64,000 nucleotides of DNA. It comes from an uncultured Candidatus Rokubacteria bacterium. Its GTDB lineage: Bacteria; Methylomirabilota; Methylomirabilia; Rokubacteriales; CSP1-6. Each line of letters begins with the position of its first letter. Positions within the stretch are counted from its first letter, which is position 1. The stretch lies in the NCBI GenBank assembly GCA_963747235.1, contig CAVVEU010000029.1, positions 32,001 through 96,000 of the forward strand, read 5' to 3'. The position numbers were made by a program, and so were the translations under genes. Positions 12,023-22,762 of the stretch are shown here, piece after piece. Below the pieces are notes generated by a model. That model was not told the origin of the DNA, did not search any database, and was given only the letters and a program-made list of their open reading frames with translations.

Positions 12023-12471
12023 CCGAGCGCGATTGGAGGAGAGTCGGGGAGCAGGTCGTCATGACCAAGCTGGAACGGCTGGATGCGTTGCTGCGGCAGG
12101 GCGAAGTCGGCGGCATCCTCGGGCATGGGCTCTCCTGCACTGTCGGTAAGCATATCGCTTGCTCGGCCTCCTCCTAATGCGCCAATTCCCACCCGCGCGC
12201 GGCCACGCGCTAGCCGGGTGGGGTTGCTGGCCTCGGCCCACCAATTCGGCTACGATAACCGCGCTATGGAGCGCGCCGAGCAGCTACCGTGGCGGCCCGG
12301 CGGACGGGGGGGCAGACGTGGCGGCGCAGCACTGCCCGAACCGGAGAGGCCTGAACGTGTTTGCGGGCCCCTCTGCCGCTGATGCAGCTGCCGCCCCGTC
12401 CCCCCGCGCCGCCAGTGAGTTAGGGCTCCTCAGGTTGACTCCAGCAGCCTACACCCGAAAAGGAGCGAACA

Positions 12472-12735
12472 GTGCGTTGGACGGTCACCATCAAGGACCA
12501 AACATATGGCGTTCACACCGAAGTCAACGCGTATGAATGTCGAGTGACCCGATCAGGGGGCGAGGTCAGGTTGAGCGTTCAAAATGTGAAGCCGGGCGGT
12601 CTGAGGGAGGGTCGTTTCTTGATGCCGTCGGACGTTGCCCGACAATTGGGGAGCGCACTGCTCCTCGCTTGCGCCGGAGAGAGCGAGCGTATCGACATCG
12701 TCTTCTCCGCTGAGGAGCCGAAGGCCAAACGATGA
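12472..12735 (+). CDS. Small hypothetical protein (87 aa)
   Basis: AAGGAG RBS ahead of GTG; protein-like composition. Confidence 0.6.
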   Translation: MRWTVTIKDQTYGVHTEVNAYECRVTRSGGEVRLSVQNVKPGGLREGRFLMPSDVARQLGSALLLACAGESERIDIVFSAEEPKAKR

Positions 12736-12770
12736 ATCGGGCAAAGACAGAGCGCCCCGGGCGCTTCTGC

Positions 12771-12827
12771 CTCGGCCTGACGATCCCGCCGTCGCTGCTG
12801 CTGCGGGCGGATCAGGTGATCGAGTGA
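12771..12827 (+). pseudogene. 3' stub of an SBP gene
   Basis: Encodes LGLTIPPSLLLRADQVIE* with no upstream gene body; TGATG overlap with the next SBP. Confidence 0.8.
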
Positions 12828-13804
12828 TGAACCGTCGGACGTTCTTCTGCACCCTGGCGGGCGGCCTCCTCGCCGCGCCGCTCGCCGCCGGGGCGCAGCC
12901 GGCGGGCAAGGTGTGGCGGATCGGGTATCTGACAGGTAGTTCTGTGGGTGCCCTCGATGCATTCAAGCAGGTGCTGGGTGAGCACGGGTATGTTGAGGGA
13001 CGAAACATCGCGATTGAGATCAGGTCTGCTGAGGGAAGAGTTGAGCGGCTTTCCACCCTTGCCGCCGAATTGGCTAACATCAATGTCGATGTGTTCCTGG
13101 TGACCGTCAACAGAGTAGCCCTGGCCGTGCGGGAGGTAGCTCCGAAGACCCCTATCGTGATGACGCGTGCCGAGGAGCCAGTTCGCCTTGGGCTCGTCAA
13201 GAGTCTTGCCAGGCCGGGCGGCAACATCACGGGGATCGCGATCGTGGCCGGCCCGGAGATCTATGGTAAGAACTTGAAGTTGCTGAAGGCGGTCCTTCCC
13301 GGGAGGGCGCGCATCGCGGCTCTCTTCAATACCACGTCTTCCGTCAACGCACTCTGGTTGAAGGCCACTGAAGAGGCGGCTGGCAAGCTGGGGGTGAGGC
13401 TTGTGCCGATCGGAGTCCGCAATCCGGAGGACTTCGAGCAGGCATTTGCGCTGATGAAGCAAGCGGAGGCGACCGGGTTTGTCGTCCTCGGCGAGCCGCT
13501 CTTCTTTGGCCCCAACAGCCGGCTGGTCAACGATCTAGCACTGCGGAGTGGACTGGCTTCCATGTGGCCTCTTCGAGCTGGCATAGACGCAGGTGGCCTG
13601 ATGTCTTACGGCATTCCGGTGCCCGATTCCTATCGTAGCGCGGCAGCCTACGTCGTTAAGGTTCTTCGGGGTGCCCAACCCGGTGACTTGGCGATGGAGC
13701 AGCCGACTAAGTTCGAGCTGGTCATCAACCTCAAGACCGCCAAGGCCCTCGGCCTGACGATCCCGCCGTCGATTCTGCAGCGGGCGGATCAGGTGATCGA
13801 GTAG
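12827..13804 (+). CDS. ABC transporter substrate-binding protein
   Basis: MNRRTF leader, [11 protein letters not shown], conserved C-terminus. Confidence 0.9.
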   Translation: MNRRTFFCTLAGGLLAAPLAAGAQPAGKVWRIGYLTGSSVGALDAFKQVLGEHGYVEGRNIAIEIRSAEGRVERLSTLAAELANINVDVFLVTVNRVALAVREVAPKTPIVMTRAEEPVRLGLVKSLARPGGNITGIAIVAGPEIYGKNLKLLKAVLPGRARIAALFNTTSSVNALWLKATEEAAGKLGVRLVPIGVRNPEDFEQAFALMKQAEATGFVVLGEPLFFGPNSRLVNDLALRSGLASMWPLRAGIDAGGLMSYGIPVPDSYRSAAAYVVKVLRGAQPGDLAMEQPTKFELVINLKTAKALGLTIPPSILQRADQVIE

Positions 13805-14784
13805 TGGATCGGCGCCGCTTCCTGCTGACCTCGATGGGCGGGGCCCTCGCGGTGCCGCTCGCCGCCGGGGCGCAGCCGGCCGGGAAGGTTCCCCGCGTTG
13901 GCTTTCTGCTCGGTCTCTCGCCCGGGCCTTCGCGAGAAGTGGACGCCTTCCAGCGAGGGCTACGCGAACTCGGGTACATCGAGGGCCAGAACATTGCGAT
14001 CGACTATCGCTACGCACGCGGGCAAGTCGAGCGTCTTCCCGAGCTTGCCGCCGAGTTGGTGCGCCTGAACCCTGACGTCATCGTCGCCCCCTATACGCCT
14101 CCCGCTCTGGCGGCCAAGCGCGCAACCAGCATGATCCCGATCGTCTTCGCCGTCGTTGCCGATGCGGTTGGCGCCGGACTCATCACCAACCTCGGGCGGC
14201 CCGGTGGGAACATCACGGGATTGACGAGCACCAGTGCCGAGCTGGGCGGCAAACGCTTGGAACTCCTCAAGCAAGTGATCTCCAAGGCCGCTCGCGTGGC
14301 GGTTCTCTACAATCCCGCCGATCAGTCCAATGTGCTGATCTTGAAGCAGCTCCAAGAGTCAGCGCCGAACCTGGGTCTCACCCTGCAACCGCTCACGATA
14401 CGTGAACCGGGCGACTTCGAGGGCGCTTTTTCCGCGATGGCCCGAGAACGCACACATGCGATGTTCGGCGCCCCCGGTGTTTTGACGTTCGAGCATAAGG
14501 AGGTTCTCGTAGGCCTCGCCGCCAAGCGTCGGCTACCGGCGATGTGGGGCCATCGCCAGTTCGTCGACGCTGGCGGCCTCATGTCCTACGCCGTGAACTT
14601 TTACGACCAGATCCGACAGACCGCCGCTTACGTGGACAAGATCCTCAAAGGCGCCAAGCCCGCCGACCTCCCTGTCGAGCAGCCCACGAAGTTCGAGCTC
14701 GTCATCAACCTCAAGACTTCGAAGGCGCTCGGCCTGACGATCCCTCAGTCGCTGTTGCTGCGGGCGGATCAGGTGATTGAGTGA
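13804..14784 (+). CDS. ABC transporter substrate-binding protein
   Basis: Same family motifs; TAGTG overlap with the preceding gene. Confidence 0.9.
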   Translation: MDRRRFLLTSMGGALAVPLAAGAQPAGKVPRVGFLLGLSPGPSREVDAFQRGLRELGYIEGQNIAIDYRYARGQVERLPELAAELVRLNPDVIVAPYTPPALAAKRATSMIPIVFAVVADAVGAGLITNLGRPGGNITGLTSTSAELGGKRLELLKQVISKAARVAVLYNPADQSNVLILKQLQESAPNLGLTLQPLTIREPGDFEGAFSAMARERTHAMFGAPGVLTFEHKEVLVGLAAKRRLPAMWGHRQFVDAGGLMSYAVNFYDQIRQTAAYVDKILKGAKPADLPVEQPTKFELVINLKTSKALGLTIPQSLLLRADQVIE

Positions 14785-15755
14785 TGGACCGGCGGACGTT
14801 CATCGGCGTTATCACTGGCAGCCTCCTCGTCGCGCCGCTCGCCGCCGAGGGGCAGCCGGGGACAATACGCCGCATAGGCGTTCTATCCCCTGCCTCGCCT
14901 GGGCCTTCCCCCTTGCTCAGCGCGTTCCAGCAAGGACTCCAAGAGCTCGGCTACGTTGAGGGACAAGACATTCGCCTGGAGTATCGATTCGCTGAGACGA
15001 GGCTCGAACGGCTGCCCGGCCTCGCCGCCGAACTGGTCGGTCTCAAAGTCGATGTCATCCTTGCGATCAATAGCACAGCCGCTCAGGCTGCCCTGAAAGC
15101 CACCAAGACAATCCCCATTGTCTTTACGTGGGTTGCCGACCCTCTTAGTCTCGTGTCGAATCTCGCGCGGCCGGGCGGGAACGTTACGGGGCTGACCACC
15201 ATGACCACCGAGCTGAGTGGGAAACGCTTGCAACTATTTAAGGATGTTCTCCCCGGCATTCCCCGCATAGCCGTCCTCTGGAATTCGGCCAATCCGGTGG
15301 CCACTCTGGTCTTCAGAGAGATGGAAGGCGCAAGCGCGCGGCTCGGTGTTCAGCTTTACTCCATGGCCGTGCGCAGTTCCACCGAGTTCCAAGACGCGTT
15401 CAAGGCGGCGGCGCGGGCACGCGCGAGCGCGCTCTTCGTGATCGAGGAGGGAACGCTCTTTCCACACCGAGCGCGCATCCTGAGTTTGGCGGCACAGCAT
15501 CGCATGCCAGCGGCGTCCCAGTTCAGAGACTTTGCGGAGGCGGGGGGCCTGCTGAGCTACGGGCCGAACCTCTCCGACTTGTTCCGGCGCGCCGCCATCT
15601 ATGTGGACAAGATCCTCAAGGGAACCAAACCCGGCGACCTCCCGGTCGAGCGGCCCGAGAAGTTCGAGCTGGTCATCAACCTCAAAACCGCCAAGGCCCT
15701 CGGCCTGACGATCCCGCCGTCGCTCCTCCAGCGGGCGGATCAGGTGATCGAGTGA
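14784..15755 (+). CDS. ABC transporter substrate-binding protein
   Basis: Same family motifs; TGATG overlap with the preceding gene. Confidence 0.9.
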   Translation: MDRRTFIGVITGSLLVAPLAAEGQPGTIRRIGVLSPASPGPSPLLSAFQQGLQELGYVEGQDIRLEYRFAETRLERLPGLAAELVGLKVDVILAINSTAAQAALKATKTIPIVFTWVADPLSLVSNLARPGGNVTGLTTMTTELSGKRLQLFKDVLPGIPRIAVLWNSANPVATLVFREMEGASARLGVQLYSMAVRSSTEFQDAFKAAARARASALFVIEEGTLFPHRARILSLAAQHRMPAASQFRDFAEAGGLLSYGPNLSDLFRRAAIYVDKILKGTKPGDLPVERPEKFELVINLKTAKALGLTIPPSLLQRADQVIE

Positions 15756-15860
15756 AGATCCGCCCAATCTTCACCGGCAACTCCCTTCTCGCCGCGTCAC
15801 TAGTGGGCTAAGGGCAGAATAGGCTCGCTCCCGTGCGATGGGGGCTATAGGAGATCCGCG

Positions 15861-16814
15861 ATGACGAACAGACGGGCGTTCCTGCTAGGCGCTGGTGCCT
15901 TGGTGTCTGATGCTTTCGTTCCGATCGGAGCGCGGGCTCTCGCGCAGGTCACCGGGAGTCCTCCGCGCTCGAAGACGCGCCTGATTCTCCTCGGCACCGG
16001 TGGCGGGCCCCGACCGCGCAAGAGCGTGATGTCAACCGCGCAGGTGATCGTGGCCAACGACGTCCCATACGTCATCGACTGCGCCAATGGTGTCGGCCGG
16101 CAGCTCGTGCTGGCTGGTGTGCCGCTCGCCAAGATCCGCCATGTGTTTATCACCCACCACCATTCCGACCACAATGCCGACTATGGCACCCTCCTGCTGC
16201 TCGCGTGGGCCAGTGGGCTGCGGACGCGCGTTGACACGTGGGGTCCGCCGCCGCTCGAGAAGATTACGCGGCTCTTCTTCGAGATGAGTGCACCGGACAT
16301 CGATGTGCGTATCGTCGACGAGGGGCGAGTGCCGCTGGTGCCCCTGATCCATCCGCACGAGCTGACACAGAATGGATTGGTGTGGCAGGACGACAACGTC
16401 AAGGTGACCGCGGCGATTGTCGAGCATCCTCTGGTGCCGACCGCCTTCGCGTACCGGTTCGACGGCCCCGACCGGTCCATCGTCATCTCAGGCGACACGC
16501 ATCGCTCGGACAATCTAGTGAAGCTCGCGCAGGGCGCCGACGTGCTGGTGCATGAGGCTATGTGGGTGCCGGGCGTCGATCGCCTGGTGGGCGCAAACCC
16601 CAACGCCACGACGCTGAAGAAACACATCATCGACAGTCACACGCCTGTGGAAGAAGTCGGCCAAGTAGCGACCGCCGCGGGCGTGAAGACGCTCGTGCTG
16701 TCGCACTTAGTGCCGGCGGACGATGAGCGGCTTACGGATCAGATGTGGATCGATCTGGCCGCCGCGTACTTCAAGGGACGCATTGTTGTCGCCAAGGACT
16801 TGATGGAGATTTGA
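15861..16814 (+). CDS. Exported MBL-fold hydrolase (RNase Z/arylsulfatase AtsA-like)
   Basis: Tat-like NRRAFL leader, LLGTGGGP, THHHSDH, SGDT, ADVLVHEA, LSHLVP. Confidence 0.85.
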   Translation: MTNRRAFLLGAGALVSDAFVPIGARALAQVTGSPPRSKTRLILLGTGGGPRPRKSVMSTAQVIVANDVPYVIDCANGVGRQLVLAGVPLAKIRHVFITHHHSDHNADYGTLLLLAWASGLRTRVDTWGPPPLEKITRLFFEMSAPDIDVRIVDEGRVPLVPLIHPHELTQNGLVWQDDNVKVTAAIVEHPLVPTAFAYRFDGPDRSIVISGDTHRSDNLVKLAQGADVLVHEAMWVPGVDRLVGANPNATTLKKHIIDSHTPVEEVGQVATAAGVKTLVLSHLVPADDERLTDQMWIDLAAAYFKGRIVVAKDLMEI

Positions 16815-17035
16815 CCGCGCCCGGCGCTTCATTCCGCTCGTAGATCTCCAGATAGTTCAGGGTCACCCGGCGGTGCTGGGCGAGCCGTGCGGGGGAACCG
16901 CCTCCGCAATGACGAACGTGCTCATAGCGACTCCTTGGCCGTACTGAGCAGGGCCGCAGTTCGGTGGCACTGAGCTGCTCCGCGAAGTGTTCTTGAAGTT
17001 TTCTCTTGCTCGCTTCAGGCGGGTGCGGTAGGCGC

Positions 17036-17746
17036 CCAGCCAGCCGCCACAAGTCGGAGTTCCTGGCCAACATGAGCCACGAGCTCCGCACGCCACTCAA
17101 CGCGATCATCGGGTTCTCGGAAGTGCTCGCGGAGAAGATGTTCGGGGACGTCAATGCCAAGCAGGCGGAATACCTGCAGGATATTCTCGAGTCGGGGCGG
17201 CATCTCCTGTCCCTCATCAACGATATCCTCGATCTCTCGAAGATCGAGGCAGGACACATGGAGCTGGAGCCGGCGGACTTCGATCTGTCGGGGACCATCG
17301 ACAACGCGCTGACTCTGGTACGGGAGCGCGCCACCCGGCGCGGCATCACGCTGGGCAGCACCATCGACGACCGCCTGCGGATAATCTGCGGTGACGAGCG
17401 GAAGGTGAAGCAGGTCCTCTTGAATCTCCTCTCCAACGCGTTGAAGTTCACGCCCGAAGGGGGACGGATCGACGTCAGCGCCGCCCTGCGCGACAGCCTG
17501 GCGGAGGTGTCCGTAGCGGATACGGGCATCGGCATCGCGTCGGGTGATCAGGAGGCCGTCTTCGAGGAGTTTCGGCAGGTGGGCGCCGCGGAGCGGAAAG
17601 CGGAAGGCACTGGGCTCGGGCTGGCGCTCTCCCGGAAGTTCGTCGAGCTCCATGGCGGCAGGATCTGGGTGCGGAGCGAGCTCGGCCACGGCTCGACCTT
17701 CACCTTCACCTTCCCGGTCGGGTCTGGGCTGACGAGCCAAGCATGA
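17036..17746 (+). pseudogene. Orphan histidine kinase transmitter fragment (HisKA + HATPase)
   Basis: ASRHKSEFLANMSHELRTPL with N, G1, F and G2 boxes; no credible start codon or sensor domain. Confidence 0.75.
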
Positions 17747-17793
17747 CGATCCCGCCTTTGCTCCTCCAGCGGGCCGACCAGGTGATCGATTAG
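17744..17793 (+). pseudogene. 3' stub of an SBP gene
   Basis: Encodes TIPPLLLQRADQVID*. Confidence 0.7.
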
Positions 17794-17856
17794 CCCGTGG
17801 CGTCACGTGCAGGAGCCAGGTCGACAAAACCAATTCCTGGGTGAAGTCTGGGTAAA

Positions 17857-17893
17857 CGAAAGGGGTTAGCGGCTGCTGCGTCCGCTAACCCCT
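17857..17893 (-). terminator. Intrinsic terminator downstream of tRNA-fMet
   Basis: aggggttagcgg...ccgctaacccct stem followed by tttcgttt on the minus strand. Confidence 0.65.
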
Positions 17894-17902
17894 CGTCGTC
17901 AA

Positions 17903-17979
<77 letters not shown>

Positions 17980-18032
17980 GTGACTGACGTAATGTACCCG
18001 ACGCACGGCACGGAGTCAACCGCACCGCGTGC

Positions 18033-18485
18033 CTACTTCTTCTCGGCTCGGCTGGGATCGTCCTCCGGATTCAGCCAGTTGACGACGAAGGGCCCGTCTC
18101 CGAAGATCTCAATCACGCTCCCGGCCCTTTGCAAGGCGAAGTGGGGCATCCGGGCGGGCATCGCGGCGTGGGCCCCTGTCGCCAGCTCGGTCAGCTTCGA
18201 GGCGTCGTACTGCTCCCCGTGCGCCACCAGGAACGCGCCGGTCAGCACCGTGATGTGCTCGTCGGTCGGATGCCAGTGAGGCGGCACCCGGACGTCGGCG
18301 GCCAGCGTGCGGATGCGGAGCACGTAGAGGCCCGGCTTGCTCGGGTCGCCCGCGACGACGGCCATCTCCGTGCCGGGGATGAGCGGGCGCCAGACGAGCT
18401 GGGCGGGGGTGACGACGTGGCCCTGGGCGACGGCGAGGGATGGGATCAGGACCAAAGCGATCAAGAACAATAGCAGGCCCCTCAC
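18033..18485 (-). CDS. Exported cupin-domain protein
   Basis: Signal peptide, PPHWHPTDEHITVLTG and MPHFA cupin motifs. Confidence 0.8.
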   Translation of the reverse strand: MRGLLLFLIALVLIPSLAVAQGHVVTPAQLVWRPLIPGTEMAVVAGDPSKPGLYVLRIRTLAADVRVPPHWHPTDEHITVLTGAFLVAHGEQYDASKLTELATGAHAAMPARMPHFALQRAGSVIEIFGDGPFVVNWLNPEDDPSRAEKK

Positions 18486-18564
18486 CCTGCCCTCTCCCCG
18501 GTGGGGAGGGGGTGGAGAAGGCATCAGCTCCCCTCACCCTGCCCTCTCCCCAGAGGGGAGAGGG
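18478..18564. repeat. Two tandem BoxC/REP-like palindromic repeats
   Basis: cccctcaccctgccctctcccc-N-ggggag(a)ggg at 18478-18511 and 18530-18564; the second is identical over 35 bp to 24570-24604. Confidence 0.85.
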
Positions 18565-20053
18565 AGAGGCGGCGGCCGGTGACGCGGTCGGTCTTGGCCG
18601 GCTCGAAGCGGCCGGTGCGGGCCAGGGCCCAGAGCACGCGCCAGGCCCCGCGCGTCGCGAGCAGCCAGTAGGTCTGGCAGCGGAAGGTGCCGAGGAACTT
18701 CTCCTTCAGGCTCTTGCGGCGGAGGTCCACCGGGCGCGGCAGGTACGGGTGGAGATCCTCGATCAGCGCCTGGGTCATGATGCCGCCCACCCACACCGTG
18801 AGCGCCAGCGAGACGGTGGGCGCGCCGGTGGCCATGTAGAACCAGAAGCGGTGGCCCTCGTGGTGGTAGGCCAGGTACCAGCCGAGCCAGCCGGTGACCG
18901 GGTAGACCAGCGCCGCGATCGGCCACTCCACCACCTTGTTGCCGATGTGCCGCACGAGCTGGGCCAGGTTGAACGCGGTGGGCTCCGTCCGCCAGACGCG
19001 CCAGAGGAACGGGATGTCGTCGAGCACGCCCCGGTACCAGCGCGCGTTCTGCCGGATCACGCCCTCGGAGGTCTCGGGCAGGTCGGTCACCTCCACCATG
19101 GGCAGCGCCTGGATCAGCACGCCGCGCCGGCCGAGCTCGTAGCCGAGCGTGGAGTCCTCGGTGGCGCCCGAGGTCGGGAAGCCGCCGACCGCCTGCATCA
19201 GGTCCAGGCGCACGAACTGGTTGTGGCCCAGGCAGATCTGGGAGCGGCGGAAGAAGAGCTCGAACGCGGGGCGCACCAGCCAGGCCAGACGCGGGGCGCG
19301 CGCGGTCAGGCGGCCCAGGAGCCGCACGCGCTTGACCTCGTTGAGCAGGCGCGCGATGGACACGCGGATGAAGATGGACGACTGCTGGATCGCGCAGATC
19401 TTCCCGCGAATCGGCAGCCGGTCGTAGTTGGCGAGGGAGAGCGGGATGCCCTGGTAGGCGAGGCTCCCCTGCCCGCCGAGCTCGCGCTGGGCGATCCAGC
19501 GGTAGGTGTCCGGATCCGGGATCGAGTCGGCGTCGCTCACGCCCACGAAGACGCGGCGCGGGTCGGTCTCCTCGGTCAGGATCTCGCGGAGCACCTCGGG
19601 GCGCAGCGCCCAGTTGAGCTGGTGCGCCTTGCGGCCCGGCCCCGGCATCACCACGTGCGAGAGGCGCTTCTGCTGATAGGGCGGCAGCGTCTCGCGCAGG
19701 CGCCGCACCAGCTCGCCGGTGCTCACCCCCATGGCGGGATGCGGGGCGCGCTCCTCCTCCTCCTTGGTGATCACCACCACGTGCAGGCGGCCGTGCGGGT
19801 AGCGCGAGGCGGTCAGCGCGCCCACCGTCACCGCGATGTCGGGCTCGTGGTAGGCGGGCACCAGGTGCAGGAACACCGGCGCGTCCGGCTCCCGCTCGAG
19901 CTGCTCCTCCGCGGGCAGGTCGGCGAGGCGCGCGTAGGCCTCGCGGACGAAGCGCGTGGTGATGAGCATGCCGCGCCAGTCCAGCGCCAGCTTGATCGAG
20001 GCGCGGATGTTGAAGAAGAGCGCCACGAAGAAGAGGAACGGGATGATGTCCAC
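18524..20053 (-). CDS. Membrane GT2 glycosyltransferase
   Basis: VPAYHE, KAHQLN, DADS, TED and RQNARW (D,D,D,QxxRW signature) with flanking TM helices. Confidence 0.8.
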   Translation of the reverse strand: MDIIPFLFFVALFFNIRASIKLALDWRGMLITTRFVREAYARLADLPAEEQLEREPDAPVFLHLVPAYHEPDIAVTVGALTASRYPHGRLHVVVITKEEEERAPHPAMGVSTGELVRRLRETLPPYQQKRLSHVVMPGPGRKAHQLNWALRPEVLREILTEETDPRRVFVGVSDADSIPDPDTYRWIAQRELGGQGSLAYQGIPLSLANYDRLPIRGKICAIQQSSIFIRVSIARLLNEVKRVRLLGRLTARAPRLAWLVRPAFELFFRRSQICLGHNQFVRLDLMQAVGGFPTSGATEDSTLGYELGRRGVLIQALPMVEVTDLPETSEGVIRQNARWYRGVLDDIPFLWRVWRTEPTAFNLAQLVRHIGNKVVEWPIAALVYPVTGWLGWYLAYHHEGHRFWFYMATGAPTVSLALTVWVGGIMTQALIEDLHPYLPRPVDLRRKSLKEKFLGTFRCQTYWLLATRGAWRVLWALARTGRFEPAKTDRVTGRRLSLSPLGRGQGEGS

Positions 20054-20058
20054 GCGGG

Positions 20059-21635
<1,577 letters not shown>

Positions 21636-22526
21636 TCAGGCCTTCCGTTCGAGGATGAAGCGCCCGAGGGCGCGAATGGGCTCGGCGCGCGGGCCCAGGA
21701 CGCGAAGCGCTTCCTCCGCGTCGCGGATCAGGAACGCGGCGCGGGCCCGGGAGACCTCGATGCCGTGAATGGCGGGGTAGGTCGCCTTCTGCTGGATCTG
21801 GTCCTTGCCCGCCGTCTTGCCCAGCTCTTCCGAGCTCGCGACCACGTCGAGGATGTCGTCCACGATCTGGAAGGCCAGCCCCAGGTCGGCGCCCGCCACG
21901 CTGAGCGCGCGCACCTGCGCGGCGTCGGCCCCGCACAGCATGGCGCCGATGCGGAGCGAGGTGCGGATCAGCGCGCCCGTCTTGTGCGCGTGGATGTAGT
22001 CCACCATGTCGGCGCCGACCTTGCGGCCCTCGGCCTCCAGATCGGCGACCTGGCCCGCCACCATGCCCTTGTGGCCGGCCGCGTCGGCGATGTCCACCAC
22101 GACGTCTTGCAGCGCGCTGATGTTGCTCTGTCCCGCGTTGTCGGCCACCAGGCGGAAGGCGAGCGTCAGGAGCGCGTCCCCGGCCAGGATGGCCGTGGCC
22201 TCGCCGAAGACCTTGTGATTCGTGGGGACGCCGCGGCGGAAGTCGTCGTTGTCCATCGCGGGCAGGTCGTCGTGGACCAGCGAGTAGGTGTGGATCAGCT
22301 CCATCGCGCACGCGGTGGGCATCACCTGGTCCGCGGTGCCGCCCACCGCCTCCGCCCCCGCGATGACCAGCACCGGGCGCAGCCGCTTGCCGCCCGCGAA
22401 GACGCTGTAGCGCATCGCCTTGTGCAGGGTCTCGGGTCGGAGGCTCTCGGCGGGCAGGAAGCGCTCGAGCGCCGCGTCCACCGCGGCCGCCCGCAGCGTC
22501 ATGTAGGCGCCGAGATCGAAGCTCAC
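21636..22526 (-). CDS. ispA: Farnesyl/geranylgeranyl diphosphate synthase
   Basis: GGKRLRP, HDDLPAMD and FQIVDDILD motifs. Confidence 0.93.
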   Translation of the reverse strand: MSFDLGAYMTLRAAAVDAALERFLPAESLRPETLHKAMRYSVFAGGKRLRPVLVIAGAEAVGGTADQVMPTACAMELIHTYSLVHDDLPAMDNDDFRRGVPTNHKVFGEATAILAGDALLTLAFRLVADNAGQSNISALQDVVVDIADAAGHKGMVAGQVADLEAEGRKVGADMVDYIHAHKTGALIRTSLRIGAMLCGADAAQVRALSVAGADLGLAFQIVDDILDVVASSEELGKTAGKDQIQQKATYPAIHGIEVSRARAAFLIRDAEEALRVLGPRAEPIRALGRFILERKA

Positions 22527-22762
22527 GCGCGATCGTCCTCGGCCAGATCGAAGGGCGCGACCTTCAGCACCCCGCTCTCGTCCCGGGTCAGGAGCTCGAT
22601 GCGCTTCTCGGCCTCGTCGAGGTACTTGCCGCAGCGGCGGGCGAGGCCCACGCCCTCCTCGAACACCTGCAGCGACTCCTCGAGCGACAGGTTACCGGCC
22701 TCGAGCTGGTCCACGATCTGCTCGAGCCGTTGCAGCGCCGTTTCAAACTTGATGTCGGTCAT
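22523..22762 (-). CDS. xseB: Exonuclease VII small subunit
   Basis: FETALQRLEQIVDQLE..LSLEESL; synteny with xseA and ispA. Confidence 0.93.
   Translation of the reverse strand: MTDIKFETALQRLEQIVDQLEAGNLSLEESLQVFEEGVGLARRCGKYLDEAEKRIELLTRDESGVLKVAPFDLAEDDRA

Larger units (their letters stand above)
6794..17847. mobile_element. tRNA-fMet-anchored genomic island, no integrase seen
   Basis: Bounded by the direct repeats at 6717-6793 and 17848-17923; contains pseudogenes, an IS and compositionally atypical genes. Confidence 0.65.

Noticed and set aside
7890-15755. SBP terminal repeats as a CRISPR array, integron attC sites or DGR
   Set aside because: The repeats are coding and about 1 kb apart. 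There are no cas, intI or reverse transcriptase genes, no attC palindromes and no adenine-specific variation.
16820-17035. Minus-strand fragments resembling a NeuB-like start (MSTFVIAEA)
   Set aside because: Too short and interrupted to support a call.
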